DNA of 54,618 nt from the NCBI GenBank assembly GCA_001799195.1, contig MGSU01000066.1, forward strand, positions 1-54,618. Reading direction: 5' to 3'. Below, one piece after another: positions 24,546 through 34,031 of the stretch. The stretch's first letter is position 1, and each line of letters opens with the position of its first letter. The notes beneath the pieces are model-generated. The model did not search any database. It saw only the letters and a program-made list of their open reading frames with translations, and was not told the origin of the DNA. This stretch comes from Deltaproteobacteria bacterium RIFOXYA12_FULL_61_11 (GTDB lineage: Bacteria > Bdellovibrionota_F > JAHFAK01 > YA12-FULL-61-11). The translations under genes were made by a program, and so were the position numbers.

Positions 24546-25677
24546 GAGCCAAGTCCTTCAAGCTGGCCAGAACTGCCTCGGGGGTGTGGCGTTCTTCGAC
24601 CAAACGCCGCCCTCGTTGTCCTAAGCGTTGCCGCAACCGGGGAGACTCGTCGAGTTCGCGAACCAACGCTACGATACGCGGGACATCGGTCGGCGCGACC
24701 AGATACCCGTTCTCACCGTCCACGAGCGCATCCCCACTGCCTCCGTCGACACTCGCGATCACGGGTACCCCGTGAGCTGCGGCTTCCAGCAGGACCATGC
24801 CGAAACCTTCGATCCAGGTCTCACTGCGTTCGCTGAGCAAGAGGAACACCAGGGCGATGCGATAGAGCGCCGGGAGTTCCTCGTCCTGGAGATAGCCCGT
24901 CAGAGTCACCCGTTCCTGCAAGCCTCGCCGTCGGAGATCCTCTTCAAGCCCAATCCGGTCTGGACCTTCACCGACGATGAGGTAATGGAAGCTGCTGTCG
25001 AGGAAGGTCAGAACGTCCAAGACCCGGCGATGGCCCTTGGTCGGGATCAAACGCCCCACGGTGAGCAAGACTTTTTTGCCTGCCAATCGCCGGAGTAGGG
25101 CTCCGACCTCGGGCGAAGGCCGCGCTCCGGCCTTGATCCGGGGCATGACGAAGGGAGGGTTGAGCACGGCAAGTCGGTCCCTTACCCTGGGTTCCCATTC
25201 CGCGAGCAGCGCCGCGGTCTTGCTGCTATTCGCGACGACGACCTCGGCTTGTCGCAACAGAGCCAGGACCAAGGGACGGAGTAGGGGATGCTTCACATAC
25301 TCGAGGAAATCCCCTCCGTGGAAGAAGACGACCAGCCTCGTGCCGAAGAGTCGACGTGCCACCAAGCCACCAAGACCAGCGAGCAGGGGTTGGAAGGCAA
25401 TCACGGCGACCGGCTTCCGGCCCCTCGTCTCGCACAACACATAGACCGTCATCACCAGAACCCGCAGAATCCTGTTCAGCGGCTTCGTACCGAGGGGCAG
25501 GTAACGGCGCACCAGGAGGGAATGTCCCCCGCCGGGTGGTTCGGCCAGGTGCGGGACCAAAACCACCAAATGCCCGTCTCGATCGGCTCGGACCAGGCCG
25601 GACGCGAAACGGGCCTCGCCTCCGCTGGCCGGGGGGAAGTCGCCGCTCACGAAGAGCAGAGGCCGTTGATCGTTCAT
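24535..25677 (-). CDS. Glycosyltransferase family 4
   Basis: 'TVGRLIPTKGH' and 'EGFGMVLLEAAAHGVPVIASVDGGSGDALVDGENGYLV'. ATG 25677 forms an ATGA overlap with the upstream GT stop; the ORF-track start 25851 is an extension. Confidence 0.85.
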   Translation of the reverse strand: MNDQRPLLFVSGDFPPASGGEARFASGLVRADRDGHLVVLVPHLAEPPGGGHSLLVRRYLPLGTKPLNRILRVLVMTVYVLCETRGRKPVAVIAFQPLLAGLGGLVARRLFGTRLVVFFHGGDFLEYVKHPLLRPLVLALLRQAEVVVANSSKTAALLAEWEPRVRDRLAVLNPPFVMPRIKAGARPSPEVGALLRRLAGKKVLLTVGRLIPTKGHRRVLDVLTFLDSSFHYLIVGEGPDRIGLEEDLRRRGLQERVTLTGYLQDEELPALYRIALVFLLLSERSETWIEGFGMVLLEAAAHGVPVIASVDGGSGDALVDGENGYLVAPTDVPRIVALVRELDESPRLRQRLGQRGRRLVEERHTPEAVLASLKDLAHGV

Positions 25678-26759
25678 AGGCTCGAGGCTTCCTCGAGAGC
25701 CCGCACGAAGAGCTTCGCCGTCTCGGTCCAAGAGTACGAGGCTGCGCTCTGCAACCCTCTCGCGACGCATTCCTCGCGCAACGTCGGCGCCAGGAGCATC
25801 CTGGTCATGGCCGCGAGGATGGCTTGATCGTCCCGGGGATCGACCATCCAAGCCCCACCCGAACCTACCTCACGGAGGGCTCCGTTCGCCGAGCACAGGA
25901 CCGCCACACCACTGGCATACGCTTCCACGACGGGAAGTCCGAACCCTTCGGCGAGGCTCAAGACCGCGACCAAGTCCGCTCCTCGGTACAAAGCCGGTAC
26001 TGCATGCTCCGAACAGGGTCCGAGCGCACGTTGCCAGGGGCACCCCTCCTGCGTCTTGCCGGTACCGACCAGGACCAGCGGGTGTTGTTGCTGCAAAGCC
26101 AGGGGGAGTGAAGCATGGCAACGGCGCAACCGATCGAGATTCTTGTGCGGTTTTTCATTCGCGACCGCGAGGACATACCCGGGTCTCACCCCATGCCGCT
26201 CCCACACGCTCGCATCATTTTGCACGGGGCCAGGACGGAAACTCGGCTCGACCCCTAAACGCAGGAGCACGACCTTCTCAGGACAACACCCCAACCAGGA
26301 CAACAGCTCAGTGCGGGAATACCGCGAGACCGTAAAAACCCGGGTAGCTCGACGGCACGAGAGTCGCCCCTGGGCGAGCTGATAGAGGTTGTGGCAAAGG
26401 TCTCGGGGCCGCAACCAGTATCGCGGCTGACTCAAGTACAGTAGGTCATGGACCGTCACCGCGGCCGGGCAGGGCAACCGCAACGGCGCCTTGAGGTAAG
26501 GGGAGAAGAAGAAATCGACCCGGTCGCGGCGAAGCCGGCCCGGCAGCTCGACCTGTTCCCAGTACAAGCGAGGTCCGGAAGGCATCACGACCTCTTCGCA
26601 CTCGAGCCCGGCGGGCCTGTCCATCGGTTCGGACGAATACAACCTGAGCTTCCAGGCCGGCCGCTCCTGCATGACGCCAAGCAGGAGATTGCTCAAGAAC
26701 CGCTTGATCCCGGTTCCGCGCCCCGGAACCAACTCCCGACCGTCTATCCCGAGGATCAT
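25674..26759 (-). CDS. Glycosyltransferase family 4 (mannosyltransferase-like)
   Basis: 'MILGIDGRELVPGRGTGIKRF' and 'LSLAEGFGLPVVEAYASGVAVLCSANGALREVGSGGAWMVDP'. Confidence 0.8.
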   Translation of the reverse strand: MILGIDGRELVPGRGTGIKRFLSNLLLGVMQERPAWKLRLYSSEPMDRPAGLECEEVVMPSGPRLYWEQVELPGRLRRDRVDFFFSPYLKAPLRLPCPAAVTVHDLLYLSQPRYWLRPRDLCHNLYQLAQGRLSCRRATRVFTVSRYSRTELLSWLGCCPEKVVLLRLGVEPSFRPGPVQNDASVWERHGVRPGYVLAVANEKPHKNLDRLRRCHASLPLALQQQHPLVLVGTGKTQEGCPWQRALGPCSEHAVPALYRGADLVAVLSLAEGFGLPVVEAYASGVAVLCSANGALREVGSGGAWMVDPRDDQAILAAMTRMLLAPTLREECVARGLQSAASYSWTETAKLFVRALEEASSL

Positions 26760-28027
26760 AACGGGAACCCGAGGGAGCCGAATTGGTAGTTCAAGCTCGA
26801 GGTCACGATCAGATTGCTGAAGCTACGCACCGACAAGGCCGAGACCTCGTCGGCGTGATTCCACTGCCGCACATAGCGAGCTCCGAGGACGGCTTCCAAT
26901 TCGGGGAACACGACCAACCGCAGCTCGAGCGACGGTTGGCCCGTGCTCACCTTATAGAGAGGGTCGCCCTCGACCCGGGACAACAACACCCCCCCGGCAA
27001 CCCACAAGATATTTCGCGAGGTGAACCGGTGGGCCAAGACCTCCCCCTCGGCCCAGACAGCGTTGCGTTGGAAGTAGGCATTGAAGACCGGAAGAAAGGT
27101 CATTTCCCTCACCAGTCCGTACCGGAAGCGACCCCGATCCCTTTCGAGCGGAATTTCGCCCCTCAGATTGAACCTCAGACCATAGTCCGTGCTGTCCTTC
27201 ACACTATCACTGATACGCTCCAAACCCGTTTCGAACTCAATCATCGAGCGACCGGGCCGGAACGTGATGCGGCCGGAGGTACTCAAGAGCATTGTCGAAA
27301 TTGTATACCCCTGGACTGTCGCAACCTCGCCCGACAGTCCATAGAACAACTTTCGGCGGGGATCGGCCACTTCAGCGGCAGGTTGGCAGGAGAGCCGATG
27401 GGTATCTTGGAAACCTCGAGCCTCCAAGGACTCCCCAGAGGGAGGAGTTTCGGCCTCGAAGTGCCGAAACGCATAGCTGGTATCGAGGGTCATGCGGCCA
27501 GAATGCCCAAAAACCCGATTGGCGGTCGCCAGCAGCGTATTGTCCAGCATATCGATGATCGGCACGTCGAGCGGAGCACCGATCACGATGCCTTGGTTGG
27601 CTTCCAGCCCGGAAGGATCGAGCATGACTCTATTCGGCTGGTAGACGAGATCGTCGCGCAGGCTCAACTCGAGCTTCGGCACGACCGTGGTACTGAAGGT
27701 CAACGCATTGACCAGACCCACCGCAAGCGTGCCTCCGAAACTGGCATTGAGACTCAGCTCGCTGGGCTGCTCGGCAAGTTCATCGAAGAGATAGCGCGAG
27801 AGGGAGAGTCGGACGAGGTCCTCCACCTCGACGAAGGGCCGCCGGTAGGACGCTTTCAAACCCGGGGTCAAGCCGAGCTGGAGATCTTCCTGGGCTTGGG
27901 CATTGTCACTCTGGTAGAGGTTGTCGTTGAAGGTGCCGAACCATCCGAGGCCCGGGACGATCTTGAGGTAGCCGGCCTCGGCAAGGGCGGCCCAGCAGAG
28001 GGACATGACCATCAGCCCTATGCGCAT
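26756..28027 (-). CDS. Predicted outer-membrane beta-barrel protein linked to the glycosyltransferase operon
   Basis: Signal peptide 'MRIGLMVMSLCWAALAEA'. Alternating hydrophobic beta-strand pattern throughout. C-terminal '...SSLNYQFGSLGFPL'. ATGA overlap with the downstream GT. Confidence 0.5.
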   Translation of the reverse strand: MRIGLMVMSLCWAALAEAGYLKIVPGLGWFGTFNDNLYQSDNAQAQEDLQLGLTPGLKASYRRPFVEVEDLVRLSLSRYLFDELAEQPSELSLNASFGGTLAVGLVNALTFSTTVVPKLELSLRDDLVYQPNRVMLDPSGLEANQGIVIGAPLDVPIIDMLDNTLLATANRVFGHSGRMTLDTSYAFRHFEAETPPSGESLEARGFQDTHRLSCQPAAEVADPRRKLFYGLSGEVATVQGYTISTMLLSTSGRITFRPGRSMIEFETGLERISDSVKDSTDYGLRFNLRGEIPLERDRGRFRYGLVREMTFLPVFNAYFQRNAVWAEGEVLAHRFTSRNILWVAGGVLLSRVEGDPLYKVSTGQPSLELRLVVFPELEAVLGARYVRQWNHADEVSALSVRSFSNLIVTSSLNYQFGSLGFPL

Positions 28028-28030
28028 CGA

Positions 28031-28780
28031 TCACGTCTGGACATCGGCATCACGGCAGACCTGACGACGGCCATCGGGGAATTCGACCAGCAGTCCACCG
28101 CTCTCGTCGAGCCCGAGGATGGTCCCCAGGGTCTTGCCTCCCGGCAGGTCCAACGACACTTCACAACCGCGCCGGTACAAACGAGCTTCCGCCGCAGTAA
28201 GCAAGTCACAAGCATCCCCTCGTTCCAAACGTTGGTACCACGTCAATAATGAGGAAACCACTGCTTCGGCCAAGTGCCGGTTGGACACCTCGCGCGCGCC
28301 GGCCTCGGCCAGGCTGACTACCGGACGGCGGAAGGGCTCGAGCTGAGGTTCGGGGGAGCATGCGGTGTTGACCCCCAGGCCCAGGATCACATAGTCGTAC
28401 CGTTCACCGCGTACCTTGCCCTCGAGGAGGCAACCCGCCAGTTTCCGGCCGTCGAGCAGCACATCGTTCGGCCACTTGAGTTGGGGCCTGAGTTGGAACA
28501 TGCCCTCCAGGACCTCGCACAGGGCGAGGGCTGGAAGAAGGGTCAACAGTCCACCGTGCTGAGCCGAGAGGGTCGGCCGCACGATCAGCGAAAGGTACAG
28601 GTTGCCCTCGGGCGAAGCCCAGCGCCGCCCATACCGTCCTCGTCCCACACGTTGCTTGCCGGCCAGAACTACCGTGCCCTCGAGCCCTCCTGACTCGGCG
28701 AGGGAGGTGGCGAGTTCGTTGGTGGAATCGACCTCGTCGTACCACAGGAAGGTAGCCTCTCTTGCCTTCACCCCGACCAT
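28031..28780 (-). CDS. birA: Biotin-[acetyl-CoA-carboxylase] ligase (class I, no HTH)
   Basis: 'VDSTNELA', 'AGKQRVGRGRYGRRWASPEGNLYLSLIVRP' and 'KWPNDVLLDGRKLAGCLLE'. ATG at 28780; the ORF-track N-terminal extension is discounted. Confidence 0.85.
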   Translation of the reverse strand: MVGVKAREATFLWYDEVDSTNELATSLAESGGLEGTVVLAGKQRVGRGRYGRRWASPEGNLYLSLIVRPTLSAQHGGLLTLLPALALCEVLEGMFQLRPQLKWPNDVLLDGRKLAGCLLEGKVRGERYDYVILGLGVNTACSPEPQLEPFRRPVVSLAEAGAREVSNRHLAEAVVSSLLTWYQRLERGDACDLLTAAEARLYRRGCEVSLDLPGGKTLGTILGLDESGGLLVEFPDGRRQVCRDADVQT

Positions 28781-28823
28781 GCTCGATAATGGATCCCCTT
28801 GAAACGCAGTATTGTACCGAGCG

Positions 28824-30401
28824 ATGATGGACCAGACAAGGAGAAAGGCCCCCGGGCTCAACGGTTGTGTGCTCACCCTGCGCCGGACAGAAGGTTCGGC
28901 GTCCGACGCGACCTTCCTCCACGACGTGCGCAACGAAGAGGAGACCCGAGCAGCCTCGTTGCACCAAGAGCCCATTCCCTTCTCCGATCATCTCGCCTGG
29001 TTCCAACGGGTCCTGGCCTCCGACAGGACCATTGTCCTCATCGCCGAAGAACGGGCCGTTCCCATCGGTTACCTCCGGCTTGACCGCACGGACGGACAAG
29101 AGAACGTCATGACCCTCAGCATCGCCCTTGCCCCGGCTTGGCGCGGGCAAGGTCTCGGCACCACGATCTTGCACGCGGCCGCGGCCTGGCTCGAGGAACA
29201 CTTCCCAGGGACCATCCTCGAAGCAGTCGTCCTGCAGAGCAATCCCCGTTCGGCCCGGGTCTTCCTCCAGGCGGGCTACCGGAACATCGCCACCACGACC
29301 ATGCAAGGACACGAGGTCGATATCTACCGCTATGAACATCGCGGGCCGAACTTCACCGACACCTTCCTGGTCGGGGGTCGCGCGATAGGCCGGACGCATT
29401 CCTGTTTCCTCATCGCCGAGGCGGGCAGCAATCACGACGGCAAGCTCGACCAAGCCTTGCGCCTGATCGACGTCGCCGCCACCTGTCATGCCGACGCGGT
29501 GAAGTTCCAGCTCTTCCGAGCCAAGAACCTGTATCCTCGCGACGCCGGTCAGGCAGACTACCTCGCTGGCCGTACCGACATCTATTCCTTGATCCAATCG
29601 ATGGAATTACCGGAAACATGGCTACCGCGACTGGCCCAGCACAGCCACGAGCAGGGACTCCTCTTCCTCGTCACGCCGTTCTACCCCGAAGCCGTTGCAA
29701 CCCTCCTCCCCTTCGTCCCGGCCTTCAAGATGTCCTCCTACGAGTTGACCCATGTCCCCTTGTTGGAGGCAGTCGCCGCGACCGGTCTACCGGTGTTCGC
29801 CTCCACCGGCGCGTCGAACCTGGTCGATATCGATACGGCGATCGCACGGTATCGATCGGCAGGACTTCGGGAACTGGTCTTGTTGCATTGCACCGCGGCC
29901 TATCCTGCGCCGCTGCTGCAGGCCAACTTGCGGTCCATCACGTTCCTCCACCAGCGCTACCAGGTGCTGACCGGCCTTTCCGATCACACTGCCGATCCGT
30001 TGCTCGCTCCTGTCATCGCCCGTACCTTGGGAGCCTGCGTCCTGGAGAAACACTTCACCCTCGACCGCACCTTGCCGGGGCCGGATCACTCCTTTGCCCT
30101 CGAACCGCAGCAACTCGAACTCATGGTCAAAGCCGTGCGCGAGACAGAACAAGCTCTCGGCCTCGAGGACAAGCAGGTCGAGCAGTGCGAACGTGAGCTC
30201 CACCACTTCGCCCGTCCCGCACTCTTCGCCAGCAGGGAGCTCGCGGTCGGCGACGTGTTCGACCAGTCCGCTATCCAGGTCCTGCGCCGGGGAGCCACGA
30301 AAGCCAGTCTCGATGCCACCTACCTCGATCGCCTGCTCGGACGCAAAGCTCGCAAGGCCTATCACCCCGGCGAGCCCGTAGCCCTCGACGAGTTGGCCTG
30401 A
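28824..30401 (+). CDS. GNAT N-acetyltransferase fused to NeuB/PseI-type nonulosonic acid synthase with C-terminal SAF domain
   Basis: N-terminal 'IGYLRLDR...WRGQGLGTTILHAAAAWLEE' is a GNAT motif A. Then 'CFLIAEAGSNHDGKLDQALRLIDVAATCHADAVKFQLF' and 'LSDHT' indicate NeuB. The C-terminal 'LFASRELAVGDVFDQSAIQVLRRG' is SAF-like. Confidence 0.8.
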   Translation: MMDQTRRKAPGLNGCVLTLRRTEGSASDATFLHDVRNEEETRAASLHQEPIPFSDHLAWFQRVLASDRTIVLIAEERAVPIGYLRLDRTDGQENVMTLSIALAPAWRGQGLGTTILHAAAAWLEEHFPGTILEAVVLQSNPRSARVFLQAGYRNIATTTMQGHEVDIYRYEHRGPNFTDTFLVGGRAIGRTHSCFLIAEAGSNHDGKLDQALRLIDVAATCHADAVKFQLFRAKNLYPRDAGQADYLAGRTDIYSLIQSMELPETWLPRLAQHSHEQGLLFLVTPFYPEAVATLLPFVPAFKMSSYELTHVPLLEAVAATGLPVFASTGASNLVDIDTAIARYRSAGLRELVLLHCTAAYPAPLLQANLRSITFLHQRYQVLTGLSDHTADPLLAPVIARTLGACVLEKHFTLDRTLPGPDHSFALEPQQLELMVKAVRETEQALGLEDKQVEQCERELHHFARPALFASRELAVGDVFDQSAIQVLRRGATKASLDATYLDRLLGRKARKAYHPGEPVALDELA

Positions 30402-30479
30402 AGTGTGTATTTTGCACAAGCCGTGCCGGGAAGTCCGCCAGCCACAAGGGTTTTCTGCAGGTCGAAGGAAAAATAGTGT

Positions 30480-30508
30480 TTGCCCAAACGAGAGGCCTGG
30501 GCTATACT
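30480..30508 (+). promoter_or_regulatory. Candidate sigma70-type promoter of the putative sRNA
   Basis: TTGCCC (30480-30485), a 17-nt spacer, then TATACT (30503-30508). The predicted transcription start at ~30515/16 coincides with the first base of the closing helix. Confidence 0.3.
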
Positions 30509-30515
30509 CCCAATT

Positions 30516-30700
30516 GTCTCTGCGGACGATGGGGAAAACGTATTGCTATGCCCGATAGGATAACGTACGGGATTTGTCCCTTGTTGCGGTGTGCATGCCT
30601 GCCGGTTCGCCGTTGTAGGAAGCCTGATGCAGCAATTACGAAGCCCACTTTGTAAAGGGGGCGTATCAAATCCGATCCCATCTCACCCGCAGAGACTTTT
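30516..30700 (+). ncRNA. Candidate ~185-nt structured sRNA (rod-like, 6S-RNA-like size and architecture; identity unproven)
   Basis: A 10-bp perfect 5'/3' closing helix GTCTCTGCGG (30516-25) / CCGCAGAGAC (30687-96) is followed by TTTT. Further co-linear pairings are GATGGG/CCCATC, GGATTTG/CAAATCC, CCCTT/AAGGG and TGCAT/ATGCA. The apical hairpin CGG-TTCG-CCG (30603-12) sits at the exact midpoint. No ORF of 60 aa or more occurs on either strand. Confidence 0.3.
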
Positions 30701-30840
30701 CCACCCTCGTGTATGAAACGCTGTCACACCGCCGCGATGCGTGAACTCTGCCGGATGTACGAGGTGCTGCCTCCCCTCGCGAGGATAACGAGCAGACGGT
30801 CGATCATTGCCCCCTGGAACCCGGTCACCTCTCTAACCCC

Positions 30841-31959
30841 CTAATGGATGCTTTTCTCAAAGAAATCGAGAGTCTTATCGAGGAGGGATTTCTTCTTGTC
30901 CGGGTTTTCTCCACCCTCTTGGGCGAATTCGACGAGTAGTTCTTCTTGTCGTTTCGTCAATCTGGTCGGAGTCTTGACCAGGAGCTGCACCAGGAGTTCT
31001 CCGCGGCTGTTACCGCGCAACCCATAGAAACCCTGACCCGGGACCCGCACAACCTCTCCCGACTGAGTCCCCCGAGGAATGGTCAGCATGGTCGGCTGTT
31101 CCAGGGTCGGAATTTCCACCTCGGCACCAAGCGCAGCCTGGACGAAGCTGATCGGCAACCTCAGGACGAGATCCTCCCCCTGCCGTTCGAACAGCTCATG
31201 GGGTTGCACCTCGATGTCGATATAGAGATCCCCTGGAGGACCTCCTCCGGAGCTGGGATCACCTTCTCCGGGCAAACGCAGGCGCAATCCACTGTCCACA
31301 CCGCGTGGTACTTTGACACTGAGCCGTTTGCGTTTCTGGACCACACCCTGACCTCTGCAGGTCTTGCAGGCCTGTTCAATGACCTTGCCGGTCCCGCGAC
31401 AATAGGCGCATACCGTAGCAATGGTGAAGAAACCCTGGGCGTGCCGGAGCTGACCCGTGCCACCGCAATGGGTACAACGCGCCGCAGAAGTCCCCGGTTT
31501 TGCTCCACTGCCCGAACAAGTCTCGCAGGGTTCACTCCGCTCCACTTCGAGGTCTTTCGAAGTTCCGAAGGCAGCTTCAGTAAAGTCGATGGTCAGGGTT
31601 TGCCGCAGGTCCGCGCCGCGCCGAGAGCGCGTGGAGCTTCGACCACGCCCACCAAAGCCGAAGAAATCTTCGAACAGATCGCCGAAGCTGGAGAAAATAT
31701 CTGAGACATCGGAGAAGCCGTGGAACCCGCTGGAAGAAAGCCCCTCGTGCCCATACTGGTCATACAAGCGGCGTTTCTGAGTATCACGCAGGACCTCGTA
31801 GGCTTCCGCTGCTTCTTTGAAGCGGGCCTCGGCCTCGCTGTCCCCCGGATTCCGATCGGGGTGAAATTGCATGGCCATCTTCCGATAGGCCTTCTTGATC
31901 TCACCTTCGTCGCAGGTGCGGTCCAGACCCAGAATGTCGTAGTAGTCGCGTTTGGCCAT
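30841..31959 (-). CDS. dnaJ: Molecular chaperone DnaJ
   Basis: J domain 'DYYDILGL...AYRKMAMQFHPDRNPG', a G/F region, and four CxxCxGxG zinc-finger repeats ('CETCSGSG', 'CTHCGGTG', 'CAYCRGTG', 'CKTCRGQG'). Confidence 0.95.
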   Translation of the reverse strand: MAKRDYYDILGLDRTCDEGEIKKAYRKMAMQFHPDRNPGDSEAEARFKEAAEAYEVLRDTQKRRLYDQYGHEGLSSSGFHGFSDVSDIFSSFGDLFEDFFGFGGRGRSSTRSRRGADLRQTLTIDFTEAAFGTSKDLEVERSEPCETCSGSGAKPGTSAARCTHCGGTGQLRHAQGFFTIATVCAYCRGTGKVIEQACKTCRGQGVVQKRKRLSVKVPRGVDSGLRLRLPGEGDPSSGGGPPGDLYIDIEVQPHELFERQGEDLVLRLPISFVQAALGAEVEIPTLEQPTMLTIPRGTQSGEVVRVPGQGFYGLRGNSRGELLVQLLVKTPTRLTKRQEELLVEFAQEGGENPDKKKSLLDKTLDFFEKSIH

Positions 31960-32111
31960 GTCCTCGCTCGCTCGAGTCCGTCACCCGCGGGCCTATAGCA
32001 CAAGTTGGAGGGCCGAGGCCACACCCTTCTCCGGAAAAGGATCTCTCGGTCGAATCCTGTTAGTGCAGAGATAGAAACTCACCCCGAAAAGGAATGCAGA
32101 CGCGGCGGGAT

Positions 32112-34031
32112 TCAGTTTGCATCCTCGAACTCGGCATCGACCACACCGTCATCGCGTTTTTCTCCCGCCGGGCCGCTCTGGCTCCCTGCGGTGCCACCAG
32201 CAGCGCCGTTCCCACCGCTCGAGGATGCATTGGCCTGCTTGTACATGACCTCAGCGAGTTTGTAGGATGCCTGCTGGAGTTTCTCGGTGGCGGCCTTGAT
32301 ATTTTCGACCTCGGAAGCACCCTCGAGTACTTTCTTGGCCTCGCCGAGAGCCTCGTCGATGGCTCCCGCATCGGCCGCGGAAAGCTTGTCCCGGTGTTCG
32401 GAGAGGGTCCGTTCGGTACTGAAGATCAAGGTGTCGAGGCTGTTACGGGCCTCAATGCGTTCGCGCTTGGCTTTGTCCTCCTCGGCATGTCCCTCGGCAT
32501 CCTGGACCATGCGCTGGACTTCGTCCTTGTTCAGATTAGAACTGGCGCTGATGGTGATACGCTGTTCCTTGTTGGTAGCGAGGTCCTTCGCCGTGACGTT
32601 GACGATGCCGTTGGCGTCGAGATCAAAGGCAACCTCGATCTGCGGTACGCCTCGCGGAGCCGGCGGGATACCGGCGAGCTGGAACTTGCCGAGTGTGCGG
32701 TTGTCGGAAGCCATCTCGCGCTCGCCCTGCAGAACGTGGATGTCCACGGCCGGCTGGCTGTCCGCGGCGGTCGAGAAGATCTGACTGCGCTTGGTCGGGA
32801 TGGTGGTGTTGCGCTCGATCAGGCGGGTCATCACCCCTCCCAGGGTCTCGATACCGAGGGAGAGCGGGGTCACGTCGAGCAGGAGTACGTCTTTGACATC
32901 CCCGGAGAGCACGCCGGCCTGCACCGCCGCACCTGCTGCAACGACCTCGTCGGGATTAACCGAACGATTGGGTTCACGGCCGAAGAACTCCTTCACCAAC
33001 TGTTGAACCCTGGGAATACGGGTCGATCCACCGACCAGGACCACTTCGTTGATTTTACTAACCTCAACCTTGGCATCTTTGATGGCCTGACGGCAGGGTT
33101 GGATGGTTTTTTGGATCAGGTCGTCGACGAGTTGCTCGAACTTCGCTCTGGTCAGCTTGATGTTGAGGTGTTTGGGGCCTGAGGCATCGGCGGTCAAGAA
33201 GGGGAGGTTGACCTCGGTCTCCACGGTCGAGGAGAGTTCGATCTTGGCCTTCTCGGCCGCATCCTTCAGCCGTTGCAGGACCATCTTGTCCTTGCTCACG
33301 TCCAAACCGGTGTCCTTGCGAAATTCGTCGATCAACCATTCGATGACTCGCTGGTCCAGGTTGTCGCCGCCGAGGTGGGTATCGCCGTTGGTCGATTTGA
33401 CCTCGACCACGTTGTCGCCGACCTCGAGGATAGAAATATCGAACGTGCCACCACCGAAATCGTAGACCGCGATCAACTCGTCGCGTTTCTTGTCCATGCC
33501 GTAGGCCAGAGCCGCCGCGGTGGGTTCGTTGATGATCCGCTTGACCTCGAGACCGGCGATCTTACCCGCATCCTTCGTCGCCTGGCGCTGACTATCATTG
33601 AAATACGCAGGTACGGTGATGACCGCTTCGGTAACCGTTTCCCCCAGGTAATCCTCCGCTGCCTTCTTCAGTTTCTGCAGGATCATGGCCGAGATCTCGG
33701 GCGGGGAATAGACCTTGCCGCCGGTCTCGACCCGGGCATCATCTCCTTGGCCCTTGATCACCTTGTAGGGTACGAGCCTGATTTCTTCGGGAACCTCACC
33801 ATAGCGACGGCCCATGAAGCGCTTGATGGAATACACGGTGTTCTCGGGATTCGTGACGCTCTGGCGCCTGGCCAATTGCCCGACCAGCCTATTCCCATCT
33901 TTGGTGAAACCGACCACCGACGGGGTGGTGCGACCACCTTCCTCGTTGGTGATGATCTTCGGTTCATTGCCCTCCATAATCGCCACGACCGAATTCGTCG
34001 TGCCCAGGTCTATCCCGATTATCTTTCCCAT
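32112..34031 (-). CDS. dnaK: Molecular chaperone DnaK (Hsp70)
   Basis: '[12 protein letters not shown]', '[20 protein letters not shown]' and '[12 protein letters not shown]' are the Hsp70 signatures. 639 aa. Confidence 0.97.
   Translation of the reverse strand: MGKIIGIDLGTTNSVVAIMEGNEPKIITNEEGGRTTPSVVGFTKDGNRLVGQLARRQSVTNPENTVYSIKRFMGRRYGEVPEEIRLVPYKVIKGQGDDARVETGGKVYSPPEISAMILQKLKKAAEDYLGETVTEAVITVPAYFNDSQRQATKDAGKIAGLEVKRIINEPTAAALAYGMDKKRDELIAVYDFGGGTFDISILEVGDNVVEVKSTNGDTHLGGDNLDQRVIEWLIDEFRKDTGLDVSKDKMVLQRLKDAAEKAKIELSSTVETEVNLPFLTADASGPKHLNIKLTRAKFEQLVDDLIQKTIQPCRQAIKDAKVEVSKINEVVLVGGSTRIPRVQQLVKEFFGREPNRSVNPDEVVAAGAAVQAGVLSGDVKDVLLLDVTPLSLGIETLGGVMTRLIERNTTIPTKRSQIFSTAADSQPAVDIHVLQGEREMASDNRTLGKFQLAGIPPAPRGVPQIEVAFDLDANGIVNVTAKDLATNKEQRITISASSNLNKDEVQRMVQDAEGHAEEDKAKRERIEARNSLDTLIFSTERTLSEHRDKLSAADAGAIDEALGEAKKVLEGASEVENIKAATEKLQQASYKLAEVMYKQANASSSGGNGAAGGTAGSQSGPAGEKRDDGVVDAEFEDAN

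Noticed and set aside
30428-30437. 'GGGAAGTCCG', reminiscent of the RNase P RNA CR-I motif (GGAAAGUCCGG).
   Set aside because: The match is imperfect. None of the other universally conserved RNase P elements (for example the ACAGAA...CGGCUUA-type 3' region) are present, and the available space and structure do not fit a 350-400-nt RNase P RNA.
30548-30655. 35-aa Cys-rich small ORF (MPDRITYGICPLLRCACLPVRRCRKPDAAITKPTL) inside the ORF-free gap.
   Set aside because: It has no Shine-Dalgarno. It uses codons (ATA, AGG, TGT, ATT, TTG) that are rare in this high-GC genome. It lies entirely inside the predicted structured RNA, so non-coding is more likely.
32094-33182. 362-aa plus-strand ORF (and 33273..34079) antisense to dnaK.
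   Set aside because: dnaK on the minus strand is unambiguous. Hsp70 genes are known to give long open antisense frames. The antisense translation has no recognisable motif.
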